Source of the DNA: Camelus ferus
Lineage: Eukaryota
Direction: 5' to 3'
NCBI RefSeq assembly: GCF_009834535.1
Contig: NC_045696.1
Coordinates: 26,166,001-26,230,000 of the forward strand
Length of the DNA: 64,000 bases
Program-made: the position numbers and the translations under genes
The notes under the pieces: model-generated
Told to the model about the DNA's origin: nothing
The model's input: only the letters and a program-made list of their open reading frames with translations
The model's database searches: none
Shown here: piece after piece, positions 13,501 to 27,026 of the stretch
How the letters are laid out: each line of letters opens with the position of its first letter
Position numbering within the stretch: position 1 is the first letter of the stretch

Positions 13501-14861
13501 AACTTTGCTTGTTTTCCATTGAAGTGTATTTACTGAACACCATTTTGTCCTTCTTCAGTAATACTTTATTTGGTAAAGAAGTAGTTTTTTTGTTTTTGTC
13601 TTTTTTTTTTTTTAAGATGTTAGCAATTCTAATTTCCAACATAAAATAAGTAGCCAGGTGAACTTGTTTCTCAATATTCGATTGACTTGATTCATCCATT
13701 TTTTTAAAGAAAAGGTAAATCATATGGTATTCTGTATGAAATAGACTTTGTCATTCAGTGTGAAAAAGTTAGCTGTGTCCTCTATCACTTGAGGGTGTGC
13801 TGTGGAATCTGACAAGGGAAAAACCCCAGGGCATCAGGAATACACATTTTCCAATCTAGATTTCAACTTGTGCAGTAGATGTTTGGGGTATGTCAGAAAA
13901 ATATTAAGCCCATTCACATGGTAATTATCTAGAGTGTCTCTTTGCTTCTGTGTACCCTGCACTGATTGTTACATAAACAGGATTCAATATATAAACTTTT
14001 GCATTGAGTGGAAAGTACCAGTGTCTGTGTCTGAATTCATAAATGGCATCTTAGGAACCAGGCAATTTCTGTTTACAGCCCAGTGCCTTAGGGAGAGTGT
14101 TTAATGAGGAGATGTGAAGCCTTTTGCAGTTTATTGTTGATGACATTTTGAGGACACTTGCAGTTGCAGTTGGGTAGACAGAACAACAATAAAGCTGGGT
14201 ATTTTCTTGGATGTGGTTTATGTGCCCCAGAGTGTTGTATTATATTTTATCAGTAATCAAGTCTCTTCTTGCTAGAAAAAAAAAATCCCTTTTGGCAACT
14301 AAATTCAAATATTTAAAGCAAAGAAGAAAAGAACACTATTGCAAATCTGGTACATGGATTTTCTGAGATTCAAAGAATCCCAGTTTTACTGCTTATAGAG
14401 TTGAACTAAAGGTTATTCTCCCTGTTTTTACATGCTTGAAATGGCTGGTTTTCTGGATGGCTATGGAATTTGTATAATGGTTGATAAGTCTTCGTTCTCT
14501 GTATTTAAAAATTCTGAAATTGCTTGAGACATTCCTACAGTAGAAATTAAATTGGCATTGCTATTCAGATAATATCTCTGGTATTGAATAAACCTCTTTA
14601 TTTTGTATTCATACACGTAAAGTATATTCACATCTAGCACCTGAAACTTTGGGAATTAAAAAGAAATCAAGTGACATATTTGTTCTTACCTTTGTTTTTT
14701 TTGAAATGTTTGTGACCAACTTGAATTTCTAAAAATTGTAGGACTCTACACAAAGAGATCGCAGATGAACCAGTGAGTCTCTCCAGTAGGACTGTGGTGC
14801 TGTGGCTTCATGATCTAGTCTCATCCTCGGCTTTGTGGGTTGCTTTTCCAGAGATGGTGTT

Positions 14862-15105
14862 CTGGCATGTGTGGTTAAAACTTCCGGAATTTAACTCTCT
14901 GGCCTTGAATCCTGCTCCCATCAATTTCTTACTGTGTATCCTTGACCTAATTAGGTAACCTTGTTAGCCTTAACTGCAAAATCCTCAGTACCTGTATGTA
15001 CCTTCTTGGATTATCATAATGATAAAAAAAGATAATGCAGGATTGGGTTAGACAAGTCTATGTATGGCACAAAATGAATAATCAGTGTTAGGTGCGATTA
15101 TTAAT
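14862..15105 (+). mobile_element. MIR SINE
   Basis: gtggttaaaac...ttgaatcctgctccc...ttactgtgtatccttgac...tggcacaaaatg...tgttagg. Confidence 0.75.
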
Positions 15106-16232
15106 ATTAGTGTTAGTACAGTTTCATATCAGAAAGGTGCTTGTTGAATACTAGATCAAAACAGAGGAGAAAGAGAGTCCTAATGCAAATTTGACACAGG
15201 CTGTGGAAAATTTTCTGGCTTTAATTAGGAAATGTGTCTAATGATCTGCTCTTCCCCATTTCTAGTTGATGTTGCCTGAAATCTCCTAAATTCTTGCTCT
15301 GGACTCCTCTTTTCCATGCTCTGTAGAGACTCCTTTCTTTCCCAAAAAAGAATTATTTGACAGGATACAATGTGTGTGATTACAGTTCTGCTAGCTTAAG
15401 CCAGTTTATTACAATGGATTCATTTAAGGCTTGGTTATATTCCAGCCTCAGCCACTTTATTAACCATGAGGAGGTTACAGCTTTAGATTTGTTGATTCAA
15501 CCATGCATTCTTAAGGTTGTATCCCAGACACCTTAATTAAACCTGGCTGTTCCCAAATTTTATCAGCCACTTCTTCTACTATATTTCTAACTTTACTGTT
15601 AAAAGGGAAGCATTTTGCTTCTTTGCAATTACAAAAGTAAAGAGGTATAGAATCTTAGATTTTAGTTTTATTACATTGATTGTTATGAACAGAATTCAAA
15701 TGTGGAAGCTTATGAGTGAAAAATCTACATGAACAAAAACCTAAACTTATATTTTTGTTATAAACTGGTGATTTGAATTTTAGTGCATCTGTTGATAAAG
15801 AGAAGTATATTTGTTATTGTAATAAACAGGACAAACCATTTGCCCACATGACTCTTGAAAAGAAACCTGGCAGCGAGTTTTATATCATGTGTTTGGGACC
15901 CAACATCACATATGCCTAAATTTTTATAAATGTGTGTCCCCTAGGTTGTTATAACCATCTGCAATCAAATATGTTATGCAAAACAAAGACCAATTTGTAT
16001 AACTATTTCCTTGCTTCAGCAATGAAAATCATCACATTGTGTTTTTTAGAGTAATTACCCATAGTCTGGGATGAGGTAGGCATTTTTCAGAAGTATGTAC
16101 TTTGAACCATTTTTTTTTCTAAAATATGTACAGAAAGGGAATTAATCCAGGTTAGGCAAAAGGAACCAGCAAGCTTCTGATTGGAATATCTGTCCCAAAC
16201 ACTCTGCCTTAAAATTCATTCAGGTTTAGTAA

Positions 16233-16277
16233 GTTTTGTTTTGTTTTGTTTTGTATTGTTTTGTTTTGTTTTGTTTT
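16233..16277. repeat. (GTTTT)9 pentanucleotide repeat, one interruption
   Basis: Directly visible. Confidence 0.95.
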
Positions 16278-16765
16278 AAAGACAAAATCTATTCTTAATT
16301 CTCCTGCCCGCACTTATACCTTAGAGTGAATGATCTTGTTGAAGATTACAGGTACTTTTCTCCTAATGCCTTGATGAACTCAGCCGCTCTGGAAGAATGG
16401 AAGTTTTGACTGGTAGGTATGAAGTGATCATTTCAGAACTTTAAAGTTGTGTTCAGATTCCACAGGCAGGCAAAGAGGAAAATAAGAAGATTGGGATTGA
16501 GGGGTGAAAGCAGTATGACTGAAGACCTTAGGAGGATCGAGGCAGAACAGAAAGTGAGAGGAGGCCAAAGAAACACTTTAACACTTTAGCTGCATAATTC
16601 CACCTTGGGCATCATCGACCTGTATGAAGATGAACATCATCTCCAGTGACATATTTGGTGGACCTGTCCCAGATTGCCTGTGCTTAGCTTCGGGCACTAA
16701 TTTTCTGTCCTTACACAATCCAATACATTAAATGTCTGCCATAGTTTTTCAGGCCTGAAGAGAGA

Positions 16766-16789
16766 TTTTTTTTTCTTTTTCTTTTTCTT

Positions 16790-16825
<36 letters not shown>
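16766..16825. repeat. Poly(T)/(TnC) tract, 60 nt
   Basis: Directly visible; source of the poly-Lys ORF 16711-16926. Confidence 0.95.
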
Positions 16826-17779
16826 GGCCCAAGCTTAGGATAAGATGAAGCATTCACTGTTTCATTCATTCTAACATCACAAGTCTGCTTCGCTCCCACC
16901 TTCCCTTTCTCATCTGTTGCATACATAGGGACTTTTAAAGGCAGGATATTCCTGATGGTATACCAGGCTTTGTGGTGGAAGAAGAGGCAATAGTTCTTTG
17001 ATAGTGCTCAGAGGAGTGACAAGCCTGGCGGGAAAAAAATTGACACAAGCTATTTTTCAGGATTTTTTTTTTTTGATGGTGTATGCCCTAGTGAGACACA
17101 AACCTGCCACAAAGGTGGCAATTATTAAGCTCTATAGCTCAGGTTTATTTGTGGTCCTGAAAACTCCACACAGCCCATAAGAGAATTCCCTTTAGGACAG
17201 TAAGAGCAAGACACGTATCTATTTTGTAAGGTTATCTCTTTCATTACATTTGACATTTTCAATTCCACGGCAGTAGGCGAGAAAGATGGACCTTCACAAA
17301 CATACTATTACACAACAAAAAGGAGTTAAAATTTGAAGACAAGATAGTCTTCTTCAAAAATTGTTTAAATACACATATGGTTAATATTAACTTACTTTAT
17401 GCTTTTGAATTTAGCAGATACACCTTGAAAAATTCTAAAGATTGAGGGCAAAAAAGTCTGTCCTTTTATTTCTCTATCTGTCTTTATCTCTAACTCTGTC
17501 TGTATCTGTGCTCTTTAACTTAATTACAGAATAAAAATGATGTTTTTTAGTATTATGCTGGGTTATTAAGATTTTATACCTCTGTTTATTTGCCTACATT
17601 AGTTTCTTTGCTACACACCCCTAGTCCACTCAGAACTCATCTCCCTCCAAATTGGGTCTATGTAAGATCATTAGTGATCATACTTACTGAATGGTTGCTA
17701 GACATAAAGCACACTAAGTGGTGGGTCATTCTCTGACTTAGAGTAGACGCCAAGAAGGAAGAAGCAAAGACAATAATTC

Positions 17780-18990
17780 ACAGTCATTTCTTGAATAGCA
17801 TCTGAGCCTAACTTATGATAGATAAGGTAACCTTGGCTTCAAGGTAATGATATCATACAGATGAGAGACACATATACCAAAGATACACAGTGTAACATTG
17901 TAAGTGCTAAGATTCAGTTAATGAGCCGTCAAGCTTTGATGGGAAAAGCGAGCTCATAAACTAAAAGTGCAGAAATTGTGACAGCTGAGCTTTGTGCAAG
18001 GTACCATGGAATCACGAAAGATAAGCTCTGTTAATAACCTATTAAGGATAAGATGGAATATAAAGCATGGGGGTTCTCGTGACGGCTTGGGAAAGACAGG
18101 AATAGCCTCATAGTAATGACATTTGAGATGGGTTAATGAATGAGCAGGAATATGCCTGGTGAAGAAAAAGAAAAGGGTAGACAGAGGATCCTACTTGCAC
18201 AGTTGGAGAATTTTTGGAAGGGTCCCAGGAGGCTCTGTAGGTGAACAGAGAGCCAGTCTCAGGCGCAATCGTGTGAAGAGTGTGGCATTATGGGAAGTGA
18301 GACTGAACGGTTAGAGAGTAGAGGACAAAGGACCTCTTTAAGCAAAAGTATGTTTTACCTTATGAGCAATAGGAAGTCAAGAGAGATTTTCTTCTTTATC
18401 ACCCTCTGTCCTTCTCTTTCAACCTTCCATCTTTCTATCTTCTTTCTTTCTTTTTTTTTTTTTCTTCTTCTCCTCTTCCTTTTCCTCCTTTTTTTTTTTT
18501 TCTTTTGCTCTTTATTTAAGGGTAATCCTTGTAGTAGCAGTATGGTAGTTGGACTAGAGCTGGTGGAGACTGCTGGTATGTGAAACAATTAGAAATTTTA
18601 GCAGTGGTCCTCCAGGAAACAAATGAGGTCCTTCCATTAGGAAGTAGCTGATAAAAGTGGGGGCATTTTCTACACAAACTTGGAGAGCAAAGAGAGGGAA
18701 AGGTCTTGTTTTCTCTCCCTAAGCCTGGTGTATGTCACCACTGCTTGAGCCAGTATAGGCAGCCCACAAAGGTTTGTTGCTGGCAAAGAGTAGTAGTGAG
18801 TAAAAGCATACTTTCTACTTTGTGTCACTGAATGAGTTGGTGATACCTTTTACCAAGGTCAAAAATGGAGGATGTGGAAGATATTTGTGATGGGAAAAGA
18901 GAGAAACAAGTTCTACTTTTGTTTTGCTAAGTTTAGCATGTCTCCAGGGTAAGGTGATGTCCTTGTCCAACAAATACTTGGAAATACAAG
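17780..18990 (-). mobile_element. Degenerate L2 LINE with an internal pyrimidine tract (about 18386-18512)
   Basis: gacatttgagatggg...gaatgagcaggaat, aataggaagtca, ggactagagctggtggagactg, gttgtgataccttttaccaagg-like and acttggaaatacaagt motifs of reverse L2. Confidence 0.65.
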
Positions 18991-21900
18991 TTCTATAAAA
19001 AGAAAAAAAGGAGGAGAGATGGTCCCCAGGAGATCAGGTTTCATCATAAGTTTGTATGGGACAAATAACTTAAAGGGTTGGTTTTATGTCCAGAAGAAGT
19101 TGTTTACTTTTTGAATGAACATCAGCAATTTATAGCTATCAGAATGTCAACTACTATTTCTGAAGAGGCACTGTCACAAAGATAAGTTGGGGATCCTTAA
19201 AATGTCTCTTTTTTTTCTTTCAAACATGAACAGTTTGCCTTTTCCATCCATAGGGCACGCACGATTATCAGAAGGTACAGTACTTTTTTCTCAGAAGGAA
19301 AAACTTTGCTCTAAGAATGATGACATTTCTGTCCCAAGATTAGCCCTCTAAAATATTAAGCTTGGAATAAGGCTGCCAATTCTATTCATGCTTATGACCA
19401 GAAAGGAAATTAGGGAGATTCTTTAATAAAGGCTATTCATGTTCAAAAATTAGTGAGTTTCGACAACAAATTATTTTCATGTTGCAATATATTAGGTTAA
19501 TTGAACTTGAATTGAGTTCACAGTACTTTTTTTAAAAGTACTTTAAAATATAACAACAAAATACCTAATTTGAGATGAAATTATATATTAATTGTATTTC
19601 CTGTATTTGTTACTTTATTTTATTTGAACCTAACAATTAACTTGCAAGTTGCATATCCTGTCTAAATAAGCTATTCCTTGGGTCCACACAAAACATAAAA
19701 TAAGAACATCACAAAGCAAATTGATTCTGAGATCACATAAGCATTTACTAATCTGGGTGCTGAATTAATTTCTTTTAGAAACATGTTGTAAAAATTAGGA
19801 AAAAATCTGTATTACTTTCCAGTATGAAATAGTAGCCTTTTAAATGTATGCATAATCAGTGAAAGGCGTTTATCCTGAATGATTTTATTAGTCAAGTTTC
19901 TGGGGGTTTTTTTGCCAGAAAACCCTCAAACTTGACTCCACAAACCAATGTAATCAAATTTGTTTTGCTAAATACTAAATCTATAAGTACTGGTTGAAGT
20001 TTAATCCCAGTGTCCTTGAAACATTCCACTAAACTTAAAAAATTTCCAATAAACAACTGTGGTTAGTAATAGTATGCTTGGGTAAAACAAAGAAAATGTG
20101 GTTATTTACAATTCTAAAGCTAAGTTTTAGAAAAGGCATCAGGGAAGGGGGGCCACAGACCTATTTTTAATATTCCAACAAGCTAGAGCTCATATTTTAT
20201 TTTGATCAAAGGGATTAAAAAAATCTTTGTTTGAAGGAAGTGTTTAACTTCGTAGTTTCCACATTGAGTTTCTTCTAGTTCTCATTATTGGGGATATTTT
20301 CATGGAAATGCACTCTGTTTTTAGATACCATCTGCTCCTCCCATGCTTTGGTTAGACCCCCACATCTGGCTGTTCTGGAATTGTTCATGAGATCTCAGAC
20401 ATAATCATCATGACCTCACTAGAGAGGGGTGACAAAGGAGCAGATGAACATCAAGAAGACTAAGCTCATGCATTTCAGATAAATGACTCCAGAGAGAAAA
20501 TGCAGAAGGCAAAACACATGAACATGGTTGATACAGAGCAATGAGGCAATGTTGTGATGATTATTTTTAAATCATTTATTAGACCACGTAAAATGAAAAG
20601 AGGAGAAAAAGCAGACGAAGATCTTTAAAGGACCACAGAATACGACTAGTGGAGTTAAAATGGAATTTGAACATGCTTCAGTTATTAAGTATCTTCAATG
20701 ACAAGTATTCAGTGTTTTAAAAAAGACTAATATATTTAGTTACAGGTCAAGAAAATTAGTAGGATTAGGTATTTGATATAAAAAGTGCCATTTTTTCTAA
20801 ACTGTTGATTTTCTATGGAGTAAACAGTTTAAGTAACTGTTTGATTCCATATTTCACTGGTATGTGAGGCTAGAATAATAAAGCTAATGTATTGAAAGAA
20901 CTGATTTGTTTTGGAATTGCATATCTAATAATAGAAACAGCTCTAGTGGTGAGTCCCTAGTCCCATCCCAAAATGCTTGTTTAATTTTCCATATTAGAGG
21001 AGTATCCTGATAGAAGGAATACCTAGTTAATTAATCATTTATAATGTGTATTTATTTTTTGGTGGGGTGGGAGGAACACAGAGACAGCTTTTATTTCCTG
21101 TGTTTTTTGGCAAATGTTAAAAAAATTAATATATTTTAAAAAATCATACTTTTTAGAAAACACAGATGGGGTCCATATTGTTAAGGCAGGTGCAACCAGG
21201 ATTAGGTTAGGTTAGGAGATAATCTGCAGTTAATCTAGTAAATGCTGAGTGTGATTAAATGAGAAGAATTGGAGCATAAGGCTTTTATCCAGGTAATTGG
21301 GCTACATGGCTAATTTTTTACCAAGAAGACATTGAAATGATAATGAAGAAAAGTGTGGTGAGCTTGAAAGTTTCCTGTATGTTTCACTGTCTTCTTGTGG
21401 AAATACTGTTTTAAGTACTAGAATCTCAGCCTTTACGTAAATAAAACTTTGGAGCAGTGTGATGTTCTGAGTGGGGAATCTTAGTGAAACTTGTATTTAT
21501 GGATAACGTTAGAGTGCCTCAAAATGTAAGAAATGATCTTGGTCTGTATAGCATTAAAGCAATCCATCAAAATGAAAGAAAAGACACTTTCCAGTTTTCT
21601 TGTATCTTTTGGTACTTTCTTAAAGATAGCTATGTCATTTTTTAGGTCTGTAAGAAAAAAAAATTATTATTGTGGCCTTTACATAGAACAAAAATGTGTA
21701 TTTTAGGAAATAATGACCTACTCATGAATTGCTGGCTTTAGGCATTATCATGTATATTAAGGACAGAGTTGGAGAGGGAAGCATACATACAAGCATTTTA
21801 TAGGTTTATTTTTTTTTTCTTTCCTCTTCAATGCATGTATTTGAAAACTGCTTATTTGCCTGAATTTGCCCTGCTGGCAAAATTTTTATACCAGGCAGCT

Positions 21901-22330
21901 ACTTTTTATTGTTGCTGCACATCATGAATAACAGCTTTATTTGATGGCAAATGAGATGCCCCAAGTTGCAAGCCTTCCATAAACATATCTGAATTGTTCA
22001 ATTTCCTTCTCATTGTATAATTTCTACCCTGGTCCTTTGCCTGCTGATGTTCAGATAAAGATTTCATTCAAGTCATTTTCAGAACTGTCCTATGTTCCTT
22101 GCTGTCATAAGTGTAAGATTGCTCAATTCATATTAGCTATACAAGTGCTGTGCAGGTTTTTATCAGATATTTCTAAAATTTCTTTGTGATGAGTGGTAAT
22201 GAGAACAATAAAAGAATGCCTCCAGTTGGTTTTCCAAACAGTGGTGGTGTTTAGCAATAGAATTAGTAATATGACTGTATAGAAACCACTTTCTGAAGAA
22301 AGTATCTTTTCTTTTTCCTTTTCTTTCATG

Positions 22331-22409
22331 TGTTCTAACATGGATTTGGAAACTATGATTGCTGATTGATTCCAAATGACTTCGCTCTTTGTTTCCCAAT
22401 TAGGTAAGT
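22331..22409 (+). other. Juxtaposed 3' and 5' splice sites (TAG|GTAAGT), recursive-splice-site-like
   Basis: Branch-like ttctaac (22333-22339) and gctgat, tract cttcgctctttgtttccc, AG at 22402-22403, GTAAGT at 22404-22409; no AG in 22303-22401. Confidence 0.45.
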
Positions 22410-22887
22410 GATTTTGATTCTTTGATACTTCCTGGAGTCCATGGTTTTATTTTTAAATCATTGTTCATTGCAGATTGCACTGTTGAGTTCTCTAGCAAAA
22501 TGAGGTAAAATAGAAAGACAAATCACCTTTTTCAGAAATGTGTTTAAGGTCTATTTGATTAGCTGGCATAGGAAACAAACTATTAAGACGACCCAGTGCA
22601 GGCTGTTCCTTTTCACAGGAACCATATGTTTGAATTCATTTAAGTCCTTTTTGTTGGCTTGCTTTTGTTTATGAACGAGCTGTCAGATCTTCCCTCGAAA
22701 GTTCTGGGTCATACCAGTCTAGTTACTAAACATCATACCAGTGACTCAGCTGTAAGGATGAATTCCATATGGTAGCGAGTGACAGTTTGACAGTCAGTAG
22801 CTAACCATTTTGATGATCCCAAAGATAGCTAAGTTAAAAAAAATCAGCTTTAGATTCTGAGGTATTATCACTTATTCAGGGCTAATG

Positions 22888-23176
22888 CCGGGATGAATAA
22901 ACTACAATCTATGTCTCAAATCTGGCCAACCATGAGTTACAAATACTCTTTATATTTTTTTAATGGTTGACCAAAAAATCAAAAGAAAAATACTCTGTAA
23001 CATAGGAAAATTATATGAAATTTAAATGTTGGTATCCAAAAATAAAGTTGCATGGAAACACAGTCATACTCATTACTTTGCATACTGTTTATGGCTGCTT
23101 TGTGCTACAACCATATAGCCCCCAAATCCTAAAATATTAAATATCTGATTCTTAGCAGAAAATGTTTGCTGACCCT
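22888..23176. mobile_element. MER58 (B-like) hAT-Charlie MITE
   Basis: aaactac...caaatctggcc...aataaagtt...ggaaacacagtcatactcatt...tatggctgcttt...cctaaaatatt...agaaaatgtttgctgaccc. Confidence 0.85.
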
Positions 23177-24832
23177 TTTGCTTGAGCATCAGCATAAAGG
23201 GAGTTAATTCCCAAACCCTCCCACTTTGGGGATACTGATAAGAACAAAAATCATTATGTATCTGGCCTTTTCTTCAATCACAAGTGTATCTACCATACCT
23301 AAAATGACCAGATCAGACCAAATGCAAGAGCAGATCCTGATTGTAGATTTAAATTTTCCTGAAACAGTTTTTTACAGTTATATTTCTTGTACTTTTAACC
23401 CTTAAAACATTCAACACATTAAGTATAATGTATTTTTACTGCTAGTGGATCTTTGGGCTTGCCCACAGATACTCAGAGCCCAGTGACTGATGGGAACTGA
23501 GGGCAGGGGAGTGGCATTTGGGTCTGGGGAAGTAGCAATAAATCATATAATGAAAAATAATTTTCCCAAAGTTTTAAATATTTCTCAAGGATTTGTTTTA
23601 CCTAAAAGAGCACTAACATTCTGTAGATACTGGCTATTCTGAATTAAATGTGATAGTGTTGGAAAAGTGTATTATCGATCATTGCAGTCTAGCTTCACAC
23701 CTAAAACAAGTAAGTGTGGTTGTGCTTTGTGAAATGGACTTTGCAGAATTTTTCAGAAGGAGTGTGGAATTTGAGTGGTTATATTCTTACTGTGATTAAG
23801 GTAGTCTTAAAATAATTATAAATATATTTCTAGTTCTGTTCACCTTTGTATTTATCAGAAATGGATGCATTCTTAGTTTGAGACTGAAGAAATAAAAAGA
23901 ACAAAGAAAGCATATTCTTAGAATATTGCAAGAGAGAGCAATGTAGAAATATCAGGATATTAAAAATATGCATTATCTTCTAGGTTTAGGCCACTGGGAA
24001 ATAAAGCTTCTGTGAGTGTATTTGATATATAAAGGCAGGCACAAAGAGAAAGGCAAATGTACTATGGATATTCTGGTATGGTACAGTTATACAGTATGTT
24101 TTCTAACCCTTTTCATGGAAATTTGACATTACTGTACCTCCGCTAGAAGCAGCAGGAATCACCAGGGAAAGAACAGCTGGATACTTTATTAGGTTTTATG
24201 TTGTACATAAGGAGACCATGTTTTCCATTGTCGGTGTGTAAAAGAAAATGAAAGCTCTGGGCATCATTAAAGCCTAGGAAGCATAGGATGTGTCAGCTCT
24301 GTTCTCTCAACACCTAGATTGAAAGTACGGTGTAGGTCACTGTAAAACCAAAACAGACCCTCTGCTCTAGTTGGAATTTCAAGAGTTGATTTAAAAAAGT
24401 AAAATAGTCCGTAATTGTTGTAGTTATTCCTTTGTAACTAGACAGTTACATACATGTATGAATACAAACTTACATTGTCTGTTTAAACTTGTTTTCTACA
24501 TTATTGCATCTGAATATCTCTTTGCTGTACCCTAAGGGGCACCAGGAGGCTCCTTGGTATCAGAGAAACTGGACATCTCCATCGGCTGGTTGTTATGATG
24601 TTACACACTTCATAAGCCTTTCTTCCTTTGATTCTCCCTTTGGCCCCTTTTGTTAGATCATTTTTATTTAATGTGTCTTCCCCACCCCCTGCCACAGTAC
24701 ACACACTATTCTTATTGGCTTAGTCACTGTGTCTCTCCTTGTAAGTGCCTTTATGTAGGGACCGTTTTACTGTGTATCAGTTCCACAAAGCTCATCACTG
24801 GATTCCTCATTCAGTGGATGCCTTTAAAATAC

Positions 24833-25163
24833 TGTATTAGTCAGTCTGGCTGTCATGGCAAAACACTACAGATTGGGTGGCTTAAACAACAGGAATTTAT
24901 TGTCTCAGAATTCTAGACGCTGTTAAATCTGAGATCAGGGTTCCAATATGGTCATGTTCTGGTGAGAGATCTCTTCCTAGCTTGCAGATGGGGCCTTCTC
25001 TCTGTGTTCTAACACAGCTTTTTTGGAAGAGTACCTCACCTTTATGACCTTATTTACCTGTAATTAATTCCTAAAGACCTTGTCTTCAGACACAGTAATG
25101 TTGGGGGTTAGGGCTTCAACTTACAAATTTTATGTAGAGGCAGATACAATTCAGTCCTTTAAT
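24833..25163 (-). mobile_element. MaLR solo LTR, MLT1A/MLT1A0-like
   Basis: tgtattagtc...gggtggcttaaacaacaggaatttatt...ttctggtgag...ttgggggttagggcttcaac...acaattcagtcc. Confidence 0.9.
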
Positions 25164-25419
25164 AATCACCTTTGACACAATTTGAGTTACATAGGCAAGA
25201 GAGAAGATGGATTTTTTTTCTCTTCACATGAATCTATACAAGAAGTGTTTGTAGACAGACCATCTGTGTCCATGAGTTGAAGTATTCTCTTAATTTTTAT
25301 CATATGCTCATATTAAATCTAGTAAGTTACAAAGTACAAATATTAAAGGATGTTTGATGTTCTAGCTGTAATCTCTTCTTTTATTACCTTAAAAAGATAC
25401 AACAGAATGAACACCGATT

Positions 25420-26130
25420 CCATTCATCATTCATGAATCCATGTATTTATATATTTCCCATTGATGCAGTGCCCAACCACATGCATGAGGGGTACAGAGC
25501 AAGAACAGGAAGTAAAGAATAACCTGACAGTATTCTGCCCCATAGGTTCTCATAGCGACAAGAAAGAGAGTTTCAGAGCAATATGTTAAGTGCTTAACAT
25601 AATTTGCTGTTGAAATAAAAATAAAGCAGTACCCACAATCCTTTGTATATTAGTGACTTTTCAATGGGGATAATATGTATCATGAGAGTAAGTTTGCAGT
25701 TGAAGAAAGGGAGTCAATGCCAGGCAAAGGGAACGGCAAGTACAAGCAAGTACATGGGTGAATAAGAGCATCCAGCAGAGCGTGCAAACCAACGTGTTGA
25801 GTGAGATGAAGACAATGAAATGCTCTTAAGTTATTTTTTTTTGAGCTTCTACTGTGTGTCAGGTTCTAGGTTATGTGGGTTGGTGTCGTGTGGTAGATAA
25901 GAATAAAATATCTTAAGCTGATTTTGCAGGGGAAGGAGATAATTAATAAAGAATTAAGTAAGTGATCAAAAGTTGTAAATGCAAAGAATGCAAAAAATGG
26001 CTTTGATAAAGGGATGTGGTGATCCTCCTAGGGTGGTGGGGAGGTTTTCCTAGAAGATGATGAGAAAGTGATGTTTGACTTAAAATTGGAATAACAAAGA
26101 GTCAGCCCTGTAAAGATTCAGACAAATGGA
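25420..26130 (-). mobile_element. Two degenerate L2 3' fragments
   Basis: ttcatcattcat, ttgagcttctactgtgtgtcagg, aagtgatgtttgact, aagagtcagcc, ccaggcaaagggaacggcaagtacaa. Confidence 0.6.
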
Positions 26131-26134
26131 ACAA

Positions 26135-26370
26135 TTTCTTAATACATAAAAATATTTTTTTCTTAAAATATGATAGGATATATTTTAAAGTACAGAAGAA
26201 TAAATGGGAAGTTAACAGAAACAAGACCAATAAGTGAGATGATCAGAGGGGTACTAGATCAATAAGAAACTGGATAGATGTTAAAGATGGGTAGTAGGTA
26301 CTTGGGAATCTGTTATAGGATTTTCCCTAGCATCATGTACATTTGAAAATGCCCAAAAAGCTTAAAAGCT
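26135..26370 (+). mobile_element. Old L1 (L1MC/ME-like) 3' end
   Basis: gttaaagatgggtagtaggtacttggga...tgtacatttgaaaatg. Confidence 0.5.
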
Positions 26371-26479
26371 TTTTTCATACGATTTATACTCTAACTTTCT
26401 GCTTTGTTCTGTTTTGTTGCATTATTTCTTACCCATTAAACTATCATGAAGAGTGTTTTGATCATCTGTTTTTGAGTGC

Positions 26480-27026
26480 AAGTACATTTGATGTCTATTG
26501 TGGCATGACAAATTACCCCAAGGCGTAGAGGCTTCAAACAGCAATACATACGTATTATTCTTCACAATTTCTATGGGTCAAGAGTTTGGGATTCTGGTTT
26601 GAGAACCCCCCCCCCCAAAAAAAGCGTAAAAGCTGTTATGAGGTTTTTAGTCAAGATGTCAGCAAGGGCTGATTTCATGTAAACTGGCTTGACTGGGTGG
26701 ATCTGTATCCAATGTGGTTTACTCACATGACTGGTGAGTTGATGCTGATTGTTGGCAGGAGATCTGATTCTCCCTCTGGGGTTTCTGCACAGGGCTTCCT
26801 GTGTGTCCTCACAACATGGCATTTGGCTTCCCCTGGAGCAATCCAAGATCAGCCAGAAACAGCCAGGTCATTTCTGACTTATGCTTGGGAGTTACACACC
26901 CTCACGTCTACATTGTGGTATTGTCCACACAGGTCAGTCCTATTCAGTGTAAGAGGAGACTATGCAAGGACATAAATACCAGGAGATGAAGATAATTAGT
27001 GGCCATCTTGGAAACTGGCACTGCAG
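26480..27026 (-). mobile_element. MaLR solo LTR, MLT1G/H-like
   Basis: acaaattacccca, tcacaatttctatgggtcaagagtttggg, actcacatgactgg, cctcacaacatggc, aataccaggagatg...ggccatcttggaaactg. Confidence 0.85.

Noticed and set aside
14686..14740. Minus-strand 39-nt exon-like segment ending AAG|GTAAGA
   Set aside because: Short acceptor tract, A-run content, and opposite to the inferred transcription direction
16752..16833. Poly(T) tract as an orphan retrotransposed tail with TSD
   Set aside because: Flanks ggcctgaag and ggcccaag match too weakly to call a TSD
16711..16926. Lys/Arg-rich ORF resembling an NLS or protamine
   Set aside because: Translation of the poly(T) tract
18290..18588. Phe/Leu-rich and Lys/Arg-rich ORFs
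   Set aside because: Translation of a low-complexity pyrimidine tract inside L2
20941..20954. Possible 8-nt microexon CTCTAGTG|GTGAGT
   Set aside because: Upstream region is purine-rich with no pyrimidine tract
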